Positions 1-8,682 of a stretch of DNA of 64,000 bases are shown here, piece after piece. The DNA comes from an uncultured bacterium (lineage in GTDB: Bacteria; SAR324; NAC60-12), in contig CBFIJD010000005.1 of the NCBI GenBank assembly GCA_965662845.1, forward strand, positions 61,087 to 125,086, given 5' to 3'. A program made the position numbers and the translations under genes. Under the pieces are notes generated by a model. It was given only the letters and a program-made list of their open reading frames with translations. It did not search any database and had not been told where the DNA came from. How positions within the stretch are numbered: the first letter of the stretch is position 1; each line of letters starts with the position of its first letter.

Positions 1-1062
1 GCAGATGTTCGAGGACTTCTGAATGATCTGCTCTACGTTCAAAATGTCGTGAGGGGAGGTGTCGTGAAAATCTTCTCCAGCGAAGCGATACGCCCCATTC
101 TCGCAGAAAAATTCTTGGTCGGGAGTGATGAGTTTCTCTTCTAAAGCGGCAGCGATGGTGAGGATTTTCAGCGTGGAGCCCGGTTCATAGCCCACGGTCA
201 CGGCGCGGTTGAGATAGCGCTCTCGTGGAAACTCTCGGAAGCGATTGGGATCAAAGGACGGATACGTCGCCATCGACAAAATGGCGCCGGTTTGTGAGTG
301 CATCACAATCGCGACGCCACGGTCAGCTTGGGAGGAGTTGACTCCCTTGCGCAAGGCCGCCTCGGTGAAGTGCTGCAGCGTGCTGTCAATCGTGAGTTGC
401 AGGGAGTAGCGCCCCGCTCGCAGCGCTCCTGGCAGCGTGTGCGGAATGAAACGACGCGTGCCGTCTCGCTCGACGACGAAGACTTCGGGCTCGCCTGCCA
501 TCAAACCTTGATATTGATATTCCAGACCTTCCAGACCTTGTGAGTCCACTCCTGTGAAGCCCAGCAGCGCTCCTGCGAGCTCGGCGTTGGGGTAATAGCG
601 TCGATATTCTTCAATGAAGCCCAGCCCGGGCAAATCCAGCTGTTCAATCTGCGTGGCAACTTGTGGCTGGAGCTGGCGTTTGAGCCAAACGAAGGATCGC
701 CGTGAGCGTAGGTCTTTGAGGAGTTCAGCGCGAGAAATGCCCAGCAGCGGCGCGAGGCGGACTGCGGCGACATAAGGAGAATCGATGTCGCGAGGGCGGG
801 CATAGAGTGAGCGGACAGGGACTGAGACCGCGAGCTTTCGGCCTTGTCGATCTACGATGCTCCCCCGCCGAGGTTCCAGCGTGATTTTGCTTTGCTGCTG
901 GTGTCGAGCCCGTTCAGCGAAGTAGTCGGCGCGGATGATTTGCAGATAGAACATGCGGCCCAACAGCGCGACAAGGCAAAACGCCACGAGCCCCACCACG
1001 GTCAGCACGCGCACATTGTAGGTGTGCAGCGAGAAGTGCGACTTAGGGTTGCGCGGCAACAT
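1..1062 (-). CDS. ftsI: Penicillin-binding protein 3 / FtsI (partial, continues past window start)
   Basis: Not in ORF track because it is open at the window edge. Translated by hand from ATG 1062: MLPRNPKSHF..TM helix..LQII..EPRRGSIVDRQGRKLAVS, with the transpeptidase YEPGSTLK (SxxK) motif near position 180. Follows ftsL. Confidence 0.9.
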   Translation of the reverse strand, partial: MLPRNPKSHFSLHTYNVRVLTVVGLVAFCLVALLGRMFYLQIIRADYFAERARHQQQSKITLEPRRGSIVDRQGRKLAVSVPVRSLYARPRDIDSPYVAAVRLAPLLGISRAELLKDLRSRRSFVWLKRQLQPQVATQIEQLDLPGLGFIEEYRRYYPNAELAGALLGFTGVDSQGLEGLEYQYQGLMAGEPEVFVVERDGTRRFIPHTLPGALRAGRYSLQLTIDSTLQHFTEAALRKGVNSSQADRGVAIVMHSQTGAILSMATYPSFDPNRFREFPRERYLNRAVTVGYEPGSTLKILTIAAALEEKLITPDQEFFCENGAYRFAGEDFHDTSPHDILNVEQIIQKSSNIC

Positions 1063-1417
1063 GGGCGGCGTATTCTTCAAGTGTGTAAATTTGTGAAGGA
1101 TGCGGGAGCCCCATGAGCATCTGCTCGCGCGCAATCGTTTCGATGCGCTGCGGGCGGCTGAGGTAGTCAATTTCGACACCGAGCATTTCCAGCCGAGTGC
1201 TCATCTGCTGATGCTCTTTTTCCAAATTTTGCACGTCATAGCTGACTTGGAGATAGTTCATCCATTGCCAGAGATAGAGTAGAGAGCCGAGCGTGAGTAG
1301 AAGGGCGAGGAGCACCATTGTGCGGAAGGACTGGAGCGTGCCGCGCAGCAGCTGCGAAGTGTCACGCCATGGGATTTGTGAGCGTAGAATTCCAGGCTTG
1401 CGAGGTATGATTCTCAT
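1043..1417 (-). CDS. ftsL: Cell division protein FtsL
   Basis: One TM helix, a leucine heptad coiled coil and LSRPQRIETIAREQMLM. Overlaps the ftsI start. Confidence 0.8.
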   Translation of the reverse strand: MRIIPRKPGILRSQIPWRDTSQLLRGTLQSFRTMVLLALLLTLGSLLYLWQWMNYLQVSYDVQNLEKEHQQMSTRLEMLGVEIDYLSRPQRIETIAREQMLMGLPHPSQIYTLEEYAAHVAAQP

Positions 1418-1436
1418 ATCCGATTTGATGCATCTG

Positions 1437-1922
1437 TTACGTCCATGTAGCAGACCGGTAGTCCTCTGACTTGCCTCCGGTTTTCTCTAAAAGATGCACA
1501 GATTCAATGACCATGCCTTTGGTCACAGACTTACACATGTCATAAAGTGTGAGAGCCGCGATAGACGCTGCTGTGAGGGCTTCCATTTCCACGCCGGTCC
1601 GTCCGGTCACTCGGACGGTTGCTGTGAAGATCGCGAGGCCGTCGCGCAATTCGGCCTCTACATCCACTCCTGAAATCGGCAAGGGGTGACACATCGGGAT
1701 CAGATCAGAGGTTTTTTTCGCGCCTTGGATGCCGGCAAGAATCGCGGTTTGCAGGACGGGCCCTTTCTTGGTGTTGCCGTCTGCTTGCAGTTTGGCGAAG
1801 AGCTCGGCTCCCAAACGAACGCTAGACTGAGCCGTCGCGGTGCGTGTCGTGATGTCTTTTTGCGAGACATCGACCATGCGGGGTTGGTCTCCTTCGCGGA
1901 GGTGGGTGAAGTCAGAACTCAT
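1437..1922 (-). CDS. moaC: Cyclic pyranopterin monophosphate synthase MoaC
   Basis: FTHL..MVDVS.K, LIPMCHP, TGVEMEAL and YDMCK motifs. Confidence 0.95.
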   Translation of the reverse strand: MSSDFTHLREGDQPRMVDVSQKDITTRTATAQSSVRLGAELFAKLQADGNTKKGPVLQTAILAGIQGAKKTSDLIPMCHPLPISGVDVEAELRDGLAIFTATVRVTGRTGVEMEALTAASIAALTLYDMCKSVTKGMVIESVHLLEKTGGKSEDYRSATWT

Positions 1923-2640
1923 GGCGTAGCTCGTCGGTGAGAGGGGTCCACTCTTGGTTCAGATAAATTTCTGTGGGTTGGTAGTCTGCTTTGTAGCTCA
2001 TCTTCGGGGAGTCTGGGACCCAATAACCGAGATAGAGCCAAGGTTTCTGCAGTTGATAGGCGTATTCAATTTCATATAGCAACGAGAACACGCCCAAGCG
2101 ACGTTTGTGCTCTTGGGGATGGAAGGCGAAATACACAGAGCTCAGCGCGTTTGGGAGCAGATCAATCCAACTGACGCCGACGAGTTGCTGTGCAGAGTCT
2201 CGAAAGAGAATCATTTCACTGGGCACAGGGCTTAGCAGTAAGAACTCTTCAAATTCGTCGGGAGAGGTTGGGTTTCCGCGTTGATGCCAGCCTTGTTGAT
2301 AGTCTTTGTAGAGCGCGAAGACGTCTTCGCGGAACTTTGGCTCGCAATGCTCTGCGGTCAGGTCGGTGTTGCGTCGTTGTGCGCGGCGTTGGGATTTGCT
2401 TGGGCGGAACTGGTCTGTGTTGACGCGCAAGGGGATGCAGCGGTTACAGCTCTGGCAGATGGGGTGATAGACGGACGTGCCGCTGCGACGGAAGCCACGC
2501 TCGAGCAGCCTCTCGTAAGTTTCGGCGGGGAGATGGTCTGCGTAAAAGGTGAGATTGTCCCATTCTCCGACGGGGCGATAGGGGCAGGGGCCGTTGTGCG
2601 TGTGATAGACCGGCCAAGTCACTTCAGGTTGATTGGCCAT
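1912..2640 (-). CDS. bpt: Aminoacyl-tRNA--protein transferase, ATE1-like bacterial Bpt (Asp/Glu leucyltransferase; often annotated arginyltransferase)
   Basis: CPY, GFRRSG, P.CxxCxxC.PLR, LSSVY and YLGYWV..SPKMSYK motifs. Start placed at ATG 2640, 7 nt after the ftsZ stop. Confidence 0.88.
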   Translation of the reverse strand: MANQPEVTWPVYHTHNGPCPYRPVGEWDNLTFYADHLPAETYERLLERGFRRSGTSVYHPICQSCNRCIPLRVNTDQFRPSKSQRRAQRRNTDLTAEHCEPKFREDVFALYKDYQQGWHQRGNPTSPDEFEEFLLLSPVPSEMILFRDSAQQLVGVSWIDLLPNALSSVYFAFHPQEHKRRLGVFSLLYEIEYAYQLQKPWLYLGYWVPDSPKMSYKADYQPTEIYLNQEWTPLTDELRHEF

Positions 2641-2647
2641 GTTGGGC

Positions 2648-3622
2648 CTACTCAGGGAGACCTGTGGCAATGACCGTTACCGAAACTTGGTCGTCTTGAG
2701 TGTCGGTGAGGTGAGCGCCCCAGATTAAGTTGACGTCTTCGTGCGCCATTTCTTCGAGCTGACTCATCGCTGCGGTGATCTCTAAGGCACCCGCATCGCG
2801 AGGTGCGACGACATGGATGAGCACGCCCTTCGCGCCCCGGATGTCGTTGTCTTGCATCAGGGGGCTGTGGATTGCGTTGTCGATGGCGCTGGTCATGCGG
2901 TCTTTGCCTTTGGCGGTTCCGCGGCCGATGACGGCTTTGCCCATGCCTTCCATGATGGTTTGCATGTCGGCAAAATCGACGTTGATGTCTCCGACGCCGT
3001 TCAGCAAGTCGGTGATGCCTTGAATTGCATTCACCAAGACTTCATCGACCATGTGGAAGGCGTCTTTGAAGCTGGTGGTGCGAGAGGTCGCTTCGAGGAG
3101 GCGCTCATTTGGAATTACGAGCAGCGTGTCGGTTTGCTCTTTCAGGCGCTCCACTCCTTCGAGGGCGTCGCGCATGCGGCGTCTGCCTTCAAAAGAGAAA
3201 GGCAGCGTGACCACTCCGACGGTGAGGATTCCCTTGGCTTTGGAGAGCCGCGCGATGACAGGCGCCGATCCGGTCCCGGTGCCTCCGCCCATGCCCGCGA
3301 CGATGAAGACCATGTGAGCGCCTTCAAGCTGGGCGTTGATGTCGGGCGCGCTCTCTTCGGCAGCGTTTGCGCCGATTTCAGGGCGGGCGCCGGCGCCCAA
3401 ACCTCGGGTCAACTGTTTGCCCAATTCTAGGCGGGTGTGTGCTTGGGAGTTATTGAGGGCTTTGAGGTCAGTGTTGCAGGCAATGAGTTCAACGTGTTGA
3501 ACCTGCTCGACAGCCATTTTGCTGACGACGTTGCCACCGCCACCGCCGGCGCCGATGACTTTGATGGTGGGGATGAACGCATCCTGCGTGGTGGCGATGA
3601 TCGCCGGACTATTTGCTTCCAT
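2648..3622 (-). CDS. ftsZ: FtsZ-family tubulin GTPase, 324 aa, lacking C-terminal linker and tail
   Basis: IKVIGAGGGGGN, GLGAGA.PE.G, GMGGGTGTG and T7 loop INVDFAD; ends at VTVIATGLPE. AAGGA RBS before ATG 3622. Confidence 0.93.
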   Translation of the reverse strand: MEANSPAIIATTQDAFIPTIKVIGAGGGGGNVVSKMAVEQVQHVELIACNTDLKALNNSQAHTRLELGKQLTRGLGAGARPEIGANAAEESAPDINAQLEGAHMVFIVAGMGGGTGTGSAPVIARLSKAKGILTVGVVTLPFSFEGRRRMRDALEGVERLKEQTDTLLVIPNERLLEATSRTTSFKDAFHMVDEVLVNAIQGITDLLNGVGDINVDFADMQTIMEGMGKAVIGRGTAKGKDRMTSAIDNAIHSPLMQDNDIRGAKGVLIHVVAPRDAGALEITAAMSQLEEMAHEDVNLIWGAHLTDTQDDQVSVTVIATGLPE

Positions 3623-3669
3623 GTCATCCTTACGGGCCAAGGCAATTCGGAAAAGTGAGGCGATGGGCA

Positions 3670-3685
3670 AGCGAGCTTTGTGCCA
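3670..3685 (-). promoter_or_regulatory. Putative sigma54 (-24/-12) promoter of the ftsZ operon
   Basis: Minus strand reads TGGCACAAAGCTCGCT, which is GG-N10-GC, about 50 nt upstream of the ftsZ ATG. AT-rich DNA lies upstream. Confidence 0.55.
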
Positions 3686-3892
3686 CGCAATGGTTCAATT
3701 AACAAATCTACATTTTACTTGTTTTTTCAAACCATTTTAACTTATCATTCTGCGGCATTTTTGAGAAAAATGTCAGTAAAAAGTGAGATCGTTATGGCGT
3801 TCTGGCACCATCGTTAGGGAGGGAGACCCAATGGTAGGTTTGTGTCAGACAGCGGTCTCCGCTGTACAACCTAACCTTTGTGGGGACCCCCT

Positions 3893-5575
3893 ATGACTTT
3901 TAAAGAACTGGGTCTTTCCGACCCACTGTTGCGTGCTCTGGAAGAGATCGGTTTTACCGAAGCCACTCCGATCCAAGAGCAGCTGATTCCTGTCCAATTG
4001 CAAGGCAAGGACGTGATCGGGCAAGCGCAAACAGGAACCGGAAAAACGGCCGCTTTTGGCATTCCTCTGCTTGAACAGCTCGCCCCTCGTGATCACGGTG
4101 ACGGCAACCACACGGCCGACGCTCTGATTCTCACACCAACCCGCGAACTCGCCTCTCAGGTCACTGAAGAACTCCGACGCCTTGGAAAACATCGGCGCCT
4201 GTCGATTGTGCCCGTCTATGGTGGCATGTCTATGGATCAGCAGAGCCGCGCACTACGCCGCCGAACGAACATCGTGGTTGGAACTCCCGGGCGAGTCTTG
4301 GATCACGTCTCACGAGGCAATCTTGACCTAGCGAGCATTCGTCACTTTGTGTTGGATGAGGCTGACGAGATGCTCGACATGGGCTTCATCAATGACATCG
4401 AAGAGCTGATGAAGAAACTTCCGGCAGAGCGCCAAATCTTGCTTTTTTCGGCGACGATGTCTCAGGAAATTGACCGAATTTCAAAGCAATACATGAAAAC
4501 ACCGGTCTCTGTCTCTGTGTCGCAGAGCACGATGGTCATGCCAAAAATTTCTCAGTGGCTCTATCGCACCAAAGATTGGGAACGCTTTGAAGGCCTCTGT
4601 CGTGTGCTGACCTTACACAACCCAGAGTTGGCCCTCATTTTCTGTCAGACCAAACGTGAGGTCGACGAGCTGCATCGCCAATTGAAAGACCGCGATTATC
4701 TCGTTGAGGCCTTGCACGGGGACTACAGCCAGCACCAGCGAGAACAGGTCATGCAGAAATTCCGCAACAAGGAGCTGGATCTGTTGATTGCAACCGACTT
4801 GGCCGCGCGGGGCATCGACTCTAAGTTAGACATGGTGATCAACTACACAGTCCCAGAAAATCCAGAGACCTATGTTCACCGGATCGGACGAACTGGGCGC
4901 GCCGGACGAGAAGGCCTCGCTGTCACGTTTGTCTCGCAAGACGACAATCGTGCGCTGTACGCCATCGAGAAGCTCATCAAAACGCGCCTGCGTTATCAGG
5001 AATTACCAACTCGCGAAGAGCTGCGTGAACACCGCAAAAGTTATCTGCAAGAACGCATCACCTCTGGTCTAGGTGACAAAGGCTGTGCGGAATATGTGGA
5101 ACTCGCGGCTCGTCTGCTCGAGAGCGCGTCGCCTGTGGAGACTCTCGCGGCAACACTGAAGGTCGCTGGTGATGCGACCTCTCCGTTGATCAGCGTGGAT
5201 CGTCAGCACGAACTCAACGCTGAAAACACGGGCGCTGAACGAGGCATGGTACGGTTTTTTCTTGGTGGCGGACGAAATCTAGATTTGAAAGCCGGAGATT
5301 TGTTGAGAGCGATTACCCAAGGAACCCGCATTCCGGGTGCCGAGGTGGGCAAGATCATGATCCAGGAAGATTTTTCCTTCTTGGAGGTTCCCGAACGATG
5401 GGCCAGCCACCTGCTTGAGACCTTGTCATCGTTCAAACTGAATGGTACAGACATCAACGTTAAGCCGGCTCGCGCTCGCGACAAGGTGACCCGCTTCCGA
5501 GACAACCGCAACCAAAACGGATCTCGATCCCGTCGGTCGCATCATTCTTCACAACGCCGTGTCTCTAACGGCTAA
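3893..5575 (+). CDS. deaD: DEAD-box RNA helicase with DbpA-type RNA-binding C-terminus (DeaD/CshA-like)
   Basis: Q motif, AQTGTGKT, PTRELA, DEAD, SAT and HRIGRTGRAG, plus a C-terminal RNA-binding domain. Confidence 0.92.
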   Translation: MTFKELGLSDPLLRALEEIGFTEATPIQEQLIPVQLQGKDVIGQAQTGTGKTAAFGIPLLEQLAPRDHGDGNHTADALILTPTRELASQVTEELRRLGKHRRLSIVPVYGGMSMDQQSRALRRRTNIVVGTPGRVLDHVSRGNLDLASIRHFVLDEADEMLDMGFINDIEELMKKLPAERQILLFSATMSQEIDRISKQYMKTPVSVSVSQSTMVMPKISQWLYRTKDWERFEGLCRVLTLHNPELALIFCQTKREVDELHRQLKDRDYLVEALHGDYSQHQREQVMQKFRNKELDLLIATDLAARGIDSKLDMVINYTVPENPETYVHRIGRTGRAGREGLAVTFVSQDDNRALYAIEKLIKTRLRYQELPTREELREHRKSYLQERITSGLGDKGCAEYVELAARLLESASPVETLAATLKVAGDATSPLISVDRQHELNAENTGAERGMVRFFLGGGRNLDLKAGDLLRAITQGTRIPGAEVGKIMIQEDFSFLEVPERWASHLLETLSSFKLNGTDINVKPARARDKVTRFRDNRNQNGSRSRRSHHSSQRRVSNG

Positions 5576-5590
5576 TCATGTGAGCAAATC

Positions 5591-5755
5591 ATGCTTTCAG
5601 AAAAAGTCTTCTACCTGTTCCTGTTCCCTTGGATGCTCTTCATTGCCTCCATGCCCGGCTTGGTTCTAACCTTCTTGTTTAGTGGCCTAGCGGCTCAACT
5701 TCTGAACTACCTCCCCAACAGTGGCGGAAAGCAGAGCGAAGAGTCTACCCGGTAA
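5591..5755 (+). CDS. Putative 54-aa small membrane protein
   Basis: Hand translation: MLSEKVFYLFLFPWMLFIASMPGLVLTFLFSGLAAQLLNYLPNSGGKQSEESTR. Fills the gap between co-oriented genes; below the ORF-track cutoff. Confidence 0.5.
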   Translation: MLSEKVFYLFLFPWMLFIASMPGLVLTFLFSGLAAQLLNYLPNSGGKQSEESTR

Positions 5756-5782
5756 CCCAAAACATTCTTCCAGAGACAGCCC

Positions 5783-6181
5783 GTGAACAAGTACAGCGCG
5801 CTCATCACTGACTTTCTGCACAACTGTGGCGACGCGGAGAAAGCCTTCGTCAGCGACACAGAGTGGTGGATCATCAATGGATCCGTCAAGGTGCAGATTT
5901 TCCTGACGTCTCTGGAAGAAGACGCCGAATTGATCGTCGCGGCAAATCTGTTCCGCTACGAACGTTCAAATCCAGACCTGAACGACTATGTTCTAAAACT
6001 GAACGGCACCTTCAAACTGAAGGGCGTCTCTTTTGGAATTCGCAACCAGCACTTAGTCCTCAGCTTTGTGCGGCCTGTGCAAGGGCTAGATCCAGAAGAA
6101 CTCGAATGGATGATCGCTTGTATCGCCATTATTGCCGATGAATATGACGATTATTTGCTGAATGAGTTCCACATTGAGTGA
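5783..6181 (+). CDS. YbjN / type III secretion chaperone-like protein
   Basis: Small acidic protein with W.I..GS..V.I, LKLN and ADEYDD.L..EF patterns typical of the YbjN/CesT fold. Confidence 0.65.
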   Translation: MNKYSALITDFLHNCGDAEKAFVSDTEWWIINGSVKVQIFLTSLEEDAELIVAANLFRYERSNPDLNDYVLKLNGTFKLKGVSFGIRNQHLVLSFVRPVQGLDPEELEWMIACIAIIADEYDDYLLNEFHIE

Positions 6182-7046
6182 CTCCAGTCGTTCTCAGGGT
6201 GGCTTCTATAAAGCTCTCTCGCTAGAAGTCACGCTCCCCCTCTTCGCTTCGCTCCTGACACTCCCCAAAATTTTGCAACAACCGACCGCAAGCGTATGGT
6301 GGCATGCCATCTACCAACGAGTACGGTGCCGGCAATGGGAGTTCCTCTCTGCCGAGTCGGGAACAAATTGGCACATTTCCTTGCCCCCAACCCTCTCTCG
6401 TGATCGCTCTTACCTCGTCCTCGCGAATCAGCAGACGCGGTTAGATGCCCTCTTGATCCAAATGATCCTCGCAGAGAAAATCACGCCAATTGTACAACCG
6501 GTGCTCCAATCTCGGCTGCCCAATCTGTTTCAAGAGTGGTTCGCTTGGTTAGAGGAAGCCCCGATTTTACACCACATTAGCGCCGAGCGTCGCGCTAACG
6601 AAACGGACTCGCAAACGTCGGAGTGGGCACAGCAGTCCGTGGCGTTTCGCAACATCGTAGAGCAGAAACGCTCGCTGCTCTTGCTGCCGGAGAAGGGCGC
6701 TTATCGTGACCCAAGCAAAGTCGCGCCAGGACGTTTTGCTCCATTGTTTCCCCCAAAAGCCGGAGAGCTGGTGCAAGCGACGATCTCCCAAGAAGTCCCT
6801 TGGCATGCTGTGTTAGATGTAACCTTACACCACAATTTATCGTTGCAGACCCTCTTCGATTTGCGGGAGCTCCAAAATGCCCATATTTTCATAGATGTAC
6901 GCGAAGTAAATGCCCCCTCTGGAATCCAGCAAAGCTCTGCGAATGACTTGCGCAAATGGTTACAATCTCTTTGGCAAGAAAAGGCTCAGCGTTTGGAAAA
7001 TCTTTTGCAGGAACAGAAACTTACACAGAATACCAACCTCCAGTGA
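6162..7046 (+). CDS. YihG-like lysophospholipid acyltransferase homolog (degenerate)
   Basis: LVLANQQTRLD, LLPEKG, LFPPKAG, LDVTL and WLQSLWQEK match YihG-type blocks as I recall them; the catalytic His appears replaced. Confidence 0.6.
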   Translation: MSSTLSDSSRSQGGFYKALSLEVTLPLFASLLTLPKILQQPTASVWWHAIYQRVRCRQWEFLSAESGTNWHISLPPTLSRDRSYLVLANQQTRLDALLIQMILAEKITPIVQPVLQSRLPNLFQEWFAWLEEAPILHHISAERRANETDSQTSEWAQQSVAFRNIVEQKRSLLLLPEKGAYRDPSKVAPGRFAPLFPPKAGELVQATISQEVPWHAVLDVTLHHNLSLQTLFDLRELQNAHIFIDVREVNAPSGIQQSSANDLRKWLQSLWQEKAQRLENLLQEQKLTQNTNLQ

Positions 7047-7055
7047 AGGAAGCAC

Positions 7056-7499
7056 ATGCAGTGTAAGTTTTGGGGTGTAACGTTACTCTGGCTACTGCTC
7101 GCCACCAGCGCGTGGGCACAGAACATTGTAGAGCTAGGTGACGGAAAAACGCTGATTCTGAAAGAAGACGGCACTTACGAGACAGTGAAGATTGCGGCTA
7201 CAGAGCAAGGCGAAAGAGTCATTTTGCGACAAGACATGACGTACGAGTTCCTGCAAAACAAAGAGCTTTACCTGAAATCAGATGGCACCTACGAATATCT
7301 AGCTGAAAAAGAGTTCATCCTGAGTGATCAGCCCGCTCGGGATAATTTGCTCGCGGAGCTGCAGCAACTGTATTGCACAAAGCGAGATGGGAACCTGACG
7401 CCGCAACAGCGCAGTCGCATGATCAAGTTGACCGTGGACATTCTAGAGAGCAACCAGCCCGCACTGCTCGCCGACCTACAATCCTCCGATTGCCAATAA
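7056..7499 (+). CDS. Secreted hypothetical protein with repeated L..DGTYE beta-hairpins
   Basis: Signal peptide ending AWA; three repeats: LKEDGTYE, LRQDMTYE, LKSDGTYE. Confidence 0.65.
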   Translation: MQCKFWGVTLLWLLLATSAWAQNIVELGDGKTLILKEDGTYETVKIAATEQGERVILRQDMTYEFLQNKELYLKSDGTYEYLAEKEFILSDQPARDNLLAELQQLYCTKRDGNLTPQQRSRMIKLTVDILESNQPALLADLQSSDCQ

Positions 7500-7502
7500 T
7501 TC

Positions 7503-8585
7503 TTGCCACGCCTGTTTAACAGGCGCCTCCCTGAGCCACCGGTGCAGTTTCGCAATATCCTCATCACGCGCTTTAGTTCATTAGGCGATCTCGTCTTGAC
7601 CACGCCAATCTATCGTGAGCTGCGCCGTGTCTTCCCCGAAGCCAACCTGACGCTCCTGACCTCCGAAGGGTTTGGGCGTGTTTTGGAAAATAATCCACAC
7701 CTCGACCAAATCATTTTTCACCCACGCAAAGAAGGGCGCGCGGCGCTACAAACGCGCATTCAACAGCTGCGAGAGCAGCGGTTTGACCTGATCTATGACG
7801 CGCATGATTCCCTTCGGAGCCGCTGGATTCGTTGGCAGCTTCAACGCCATGAACCAGCCCCCATCGTCTGGAAAATTGATAAGCGCACGTTCTCACGGCT
7901 GCTGCTGCTCCGTTTTCATTGGAACCTGCTGCGCAAGGCTCGCTCTCAGCGAGAACAGTGGCTACAGCCGCTGGTGCGCTATCATGGCAGCGATCTTGAC
8001 GCGTCAACCGAACTGTTTCCCGCCCCAGGCGATGTGTCTGTGGTGCAGGACTGGATGCGGCAACAGCAACTGACGGCTGGGCGCTTTGTTTGTGTTGGAG
8101 CCGCGGCTTCTTTCCCCTTGAAGTGCTGGCCCTTAGAAAACTACGTCGCTGTCATTGAACAGCTCTTAGCGTCCGATTGGAGGATCGTCCTCGTCGGTGG
8201 CCCTCAAGAGGTTGAGACGGAAGCGCTCGCGCAGCGCTTCTCAAACGACACTCGCGTCGTGAACGCTGCCGGACAATTCTCCATCTTGCAGTCCGTCGCC
8301 TTGCTTGAGCAGGCTCGCTGTGTGCTGTGCAATGACACTTCGATTGCCCACATGGCGGAGTCTCAAAAAACACCCGCCTTGGTGATGTTTGGGCCGACCG
8401 TGCGAGAGTTTGGCTATGCACCTTATCTAGAACAAAGCCACCTCATCGAGAGTGCGCTCAAACTGCCATGTCGGCCCTGTTCGCGCACTGGTAAAGGCGT
8501 GTGCAAAATTGAGCAAAAGCAGCATTGCCTCACCTCGATCTCACCGCAAGAAGTCCTTCATGTGCTGGAACCAATGCTGAACTAG
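7503..8585 (+). CDS. Glycosyltransferase family 9 (LPS heptosyltransferase, WaaF-like)
   Basis: RFSSLGDLVLTTP, KCWP, NDTS..H.A, FGPT and C.PC motifs. Confidence 0.9.
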   Translation: MPRLFNRRLPEPPVQFRNILITRFSSLGDLVLTTPIYRELRRVFPEANLTLLTSEGFGRVLENNPHLDQIIFHPRKEGRAALQTRIQQLREQRFDLIYDAHDSLRSRWIRWQLQRHEPAPIVWKIDKRTFSRLLLLRFHWNLLRKARSQREQWLQPLVRYHGSDLDASTELFPAPGDVSVVQDWMRQQQLTAGRFVCVGAAASFPLKCWPLENYVAVIEQLLASDWRIVLVGGPQEVETEALAQRFSNDTRVVNAAGQFSILQSVALLEQARCVLCNDTSIAHMAESQKTPALVMFGPTVREFGYAPYLEQSHLIESALKLPCRPCSRTGKGVCKIEQKQHCLTSISPQEVLHVLEPMLN

Positions 8586-8682
8586 CTCCCAACTTTCTTG
8601 TTGCAGTTGATTGCACTTTTCGCAGTCCCTTGCTAGCTTCTTGGTCTTTCGCCCTTTGCTTGACCCTCTCTGTGAAATCACT

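Noticed and set aside
3802..3818. Sigma54 promoter for deaD (TGGCACCATCGTTAG)
   Set aside because: The -12 GC is missing at the required spacing.
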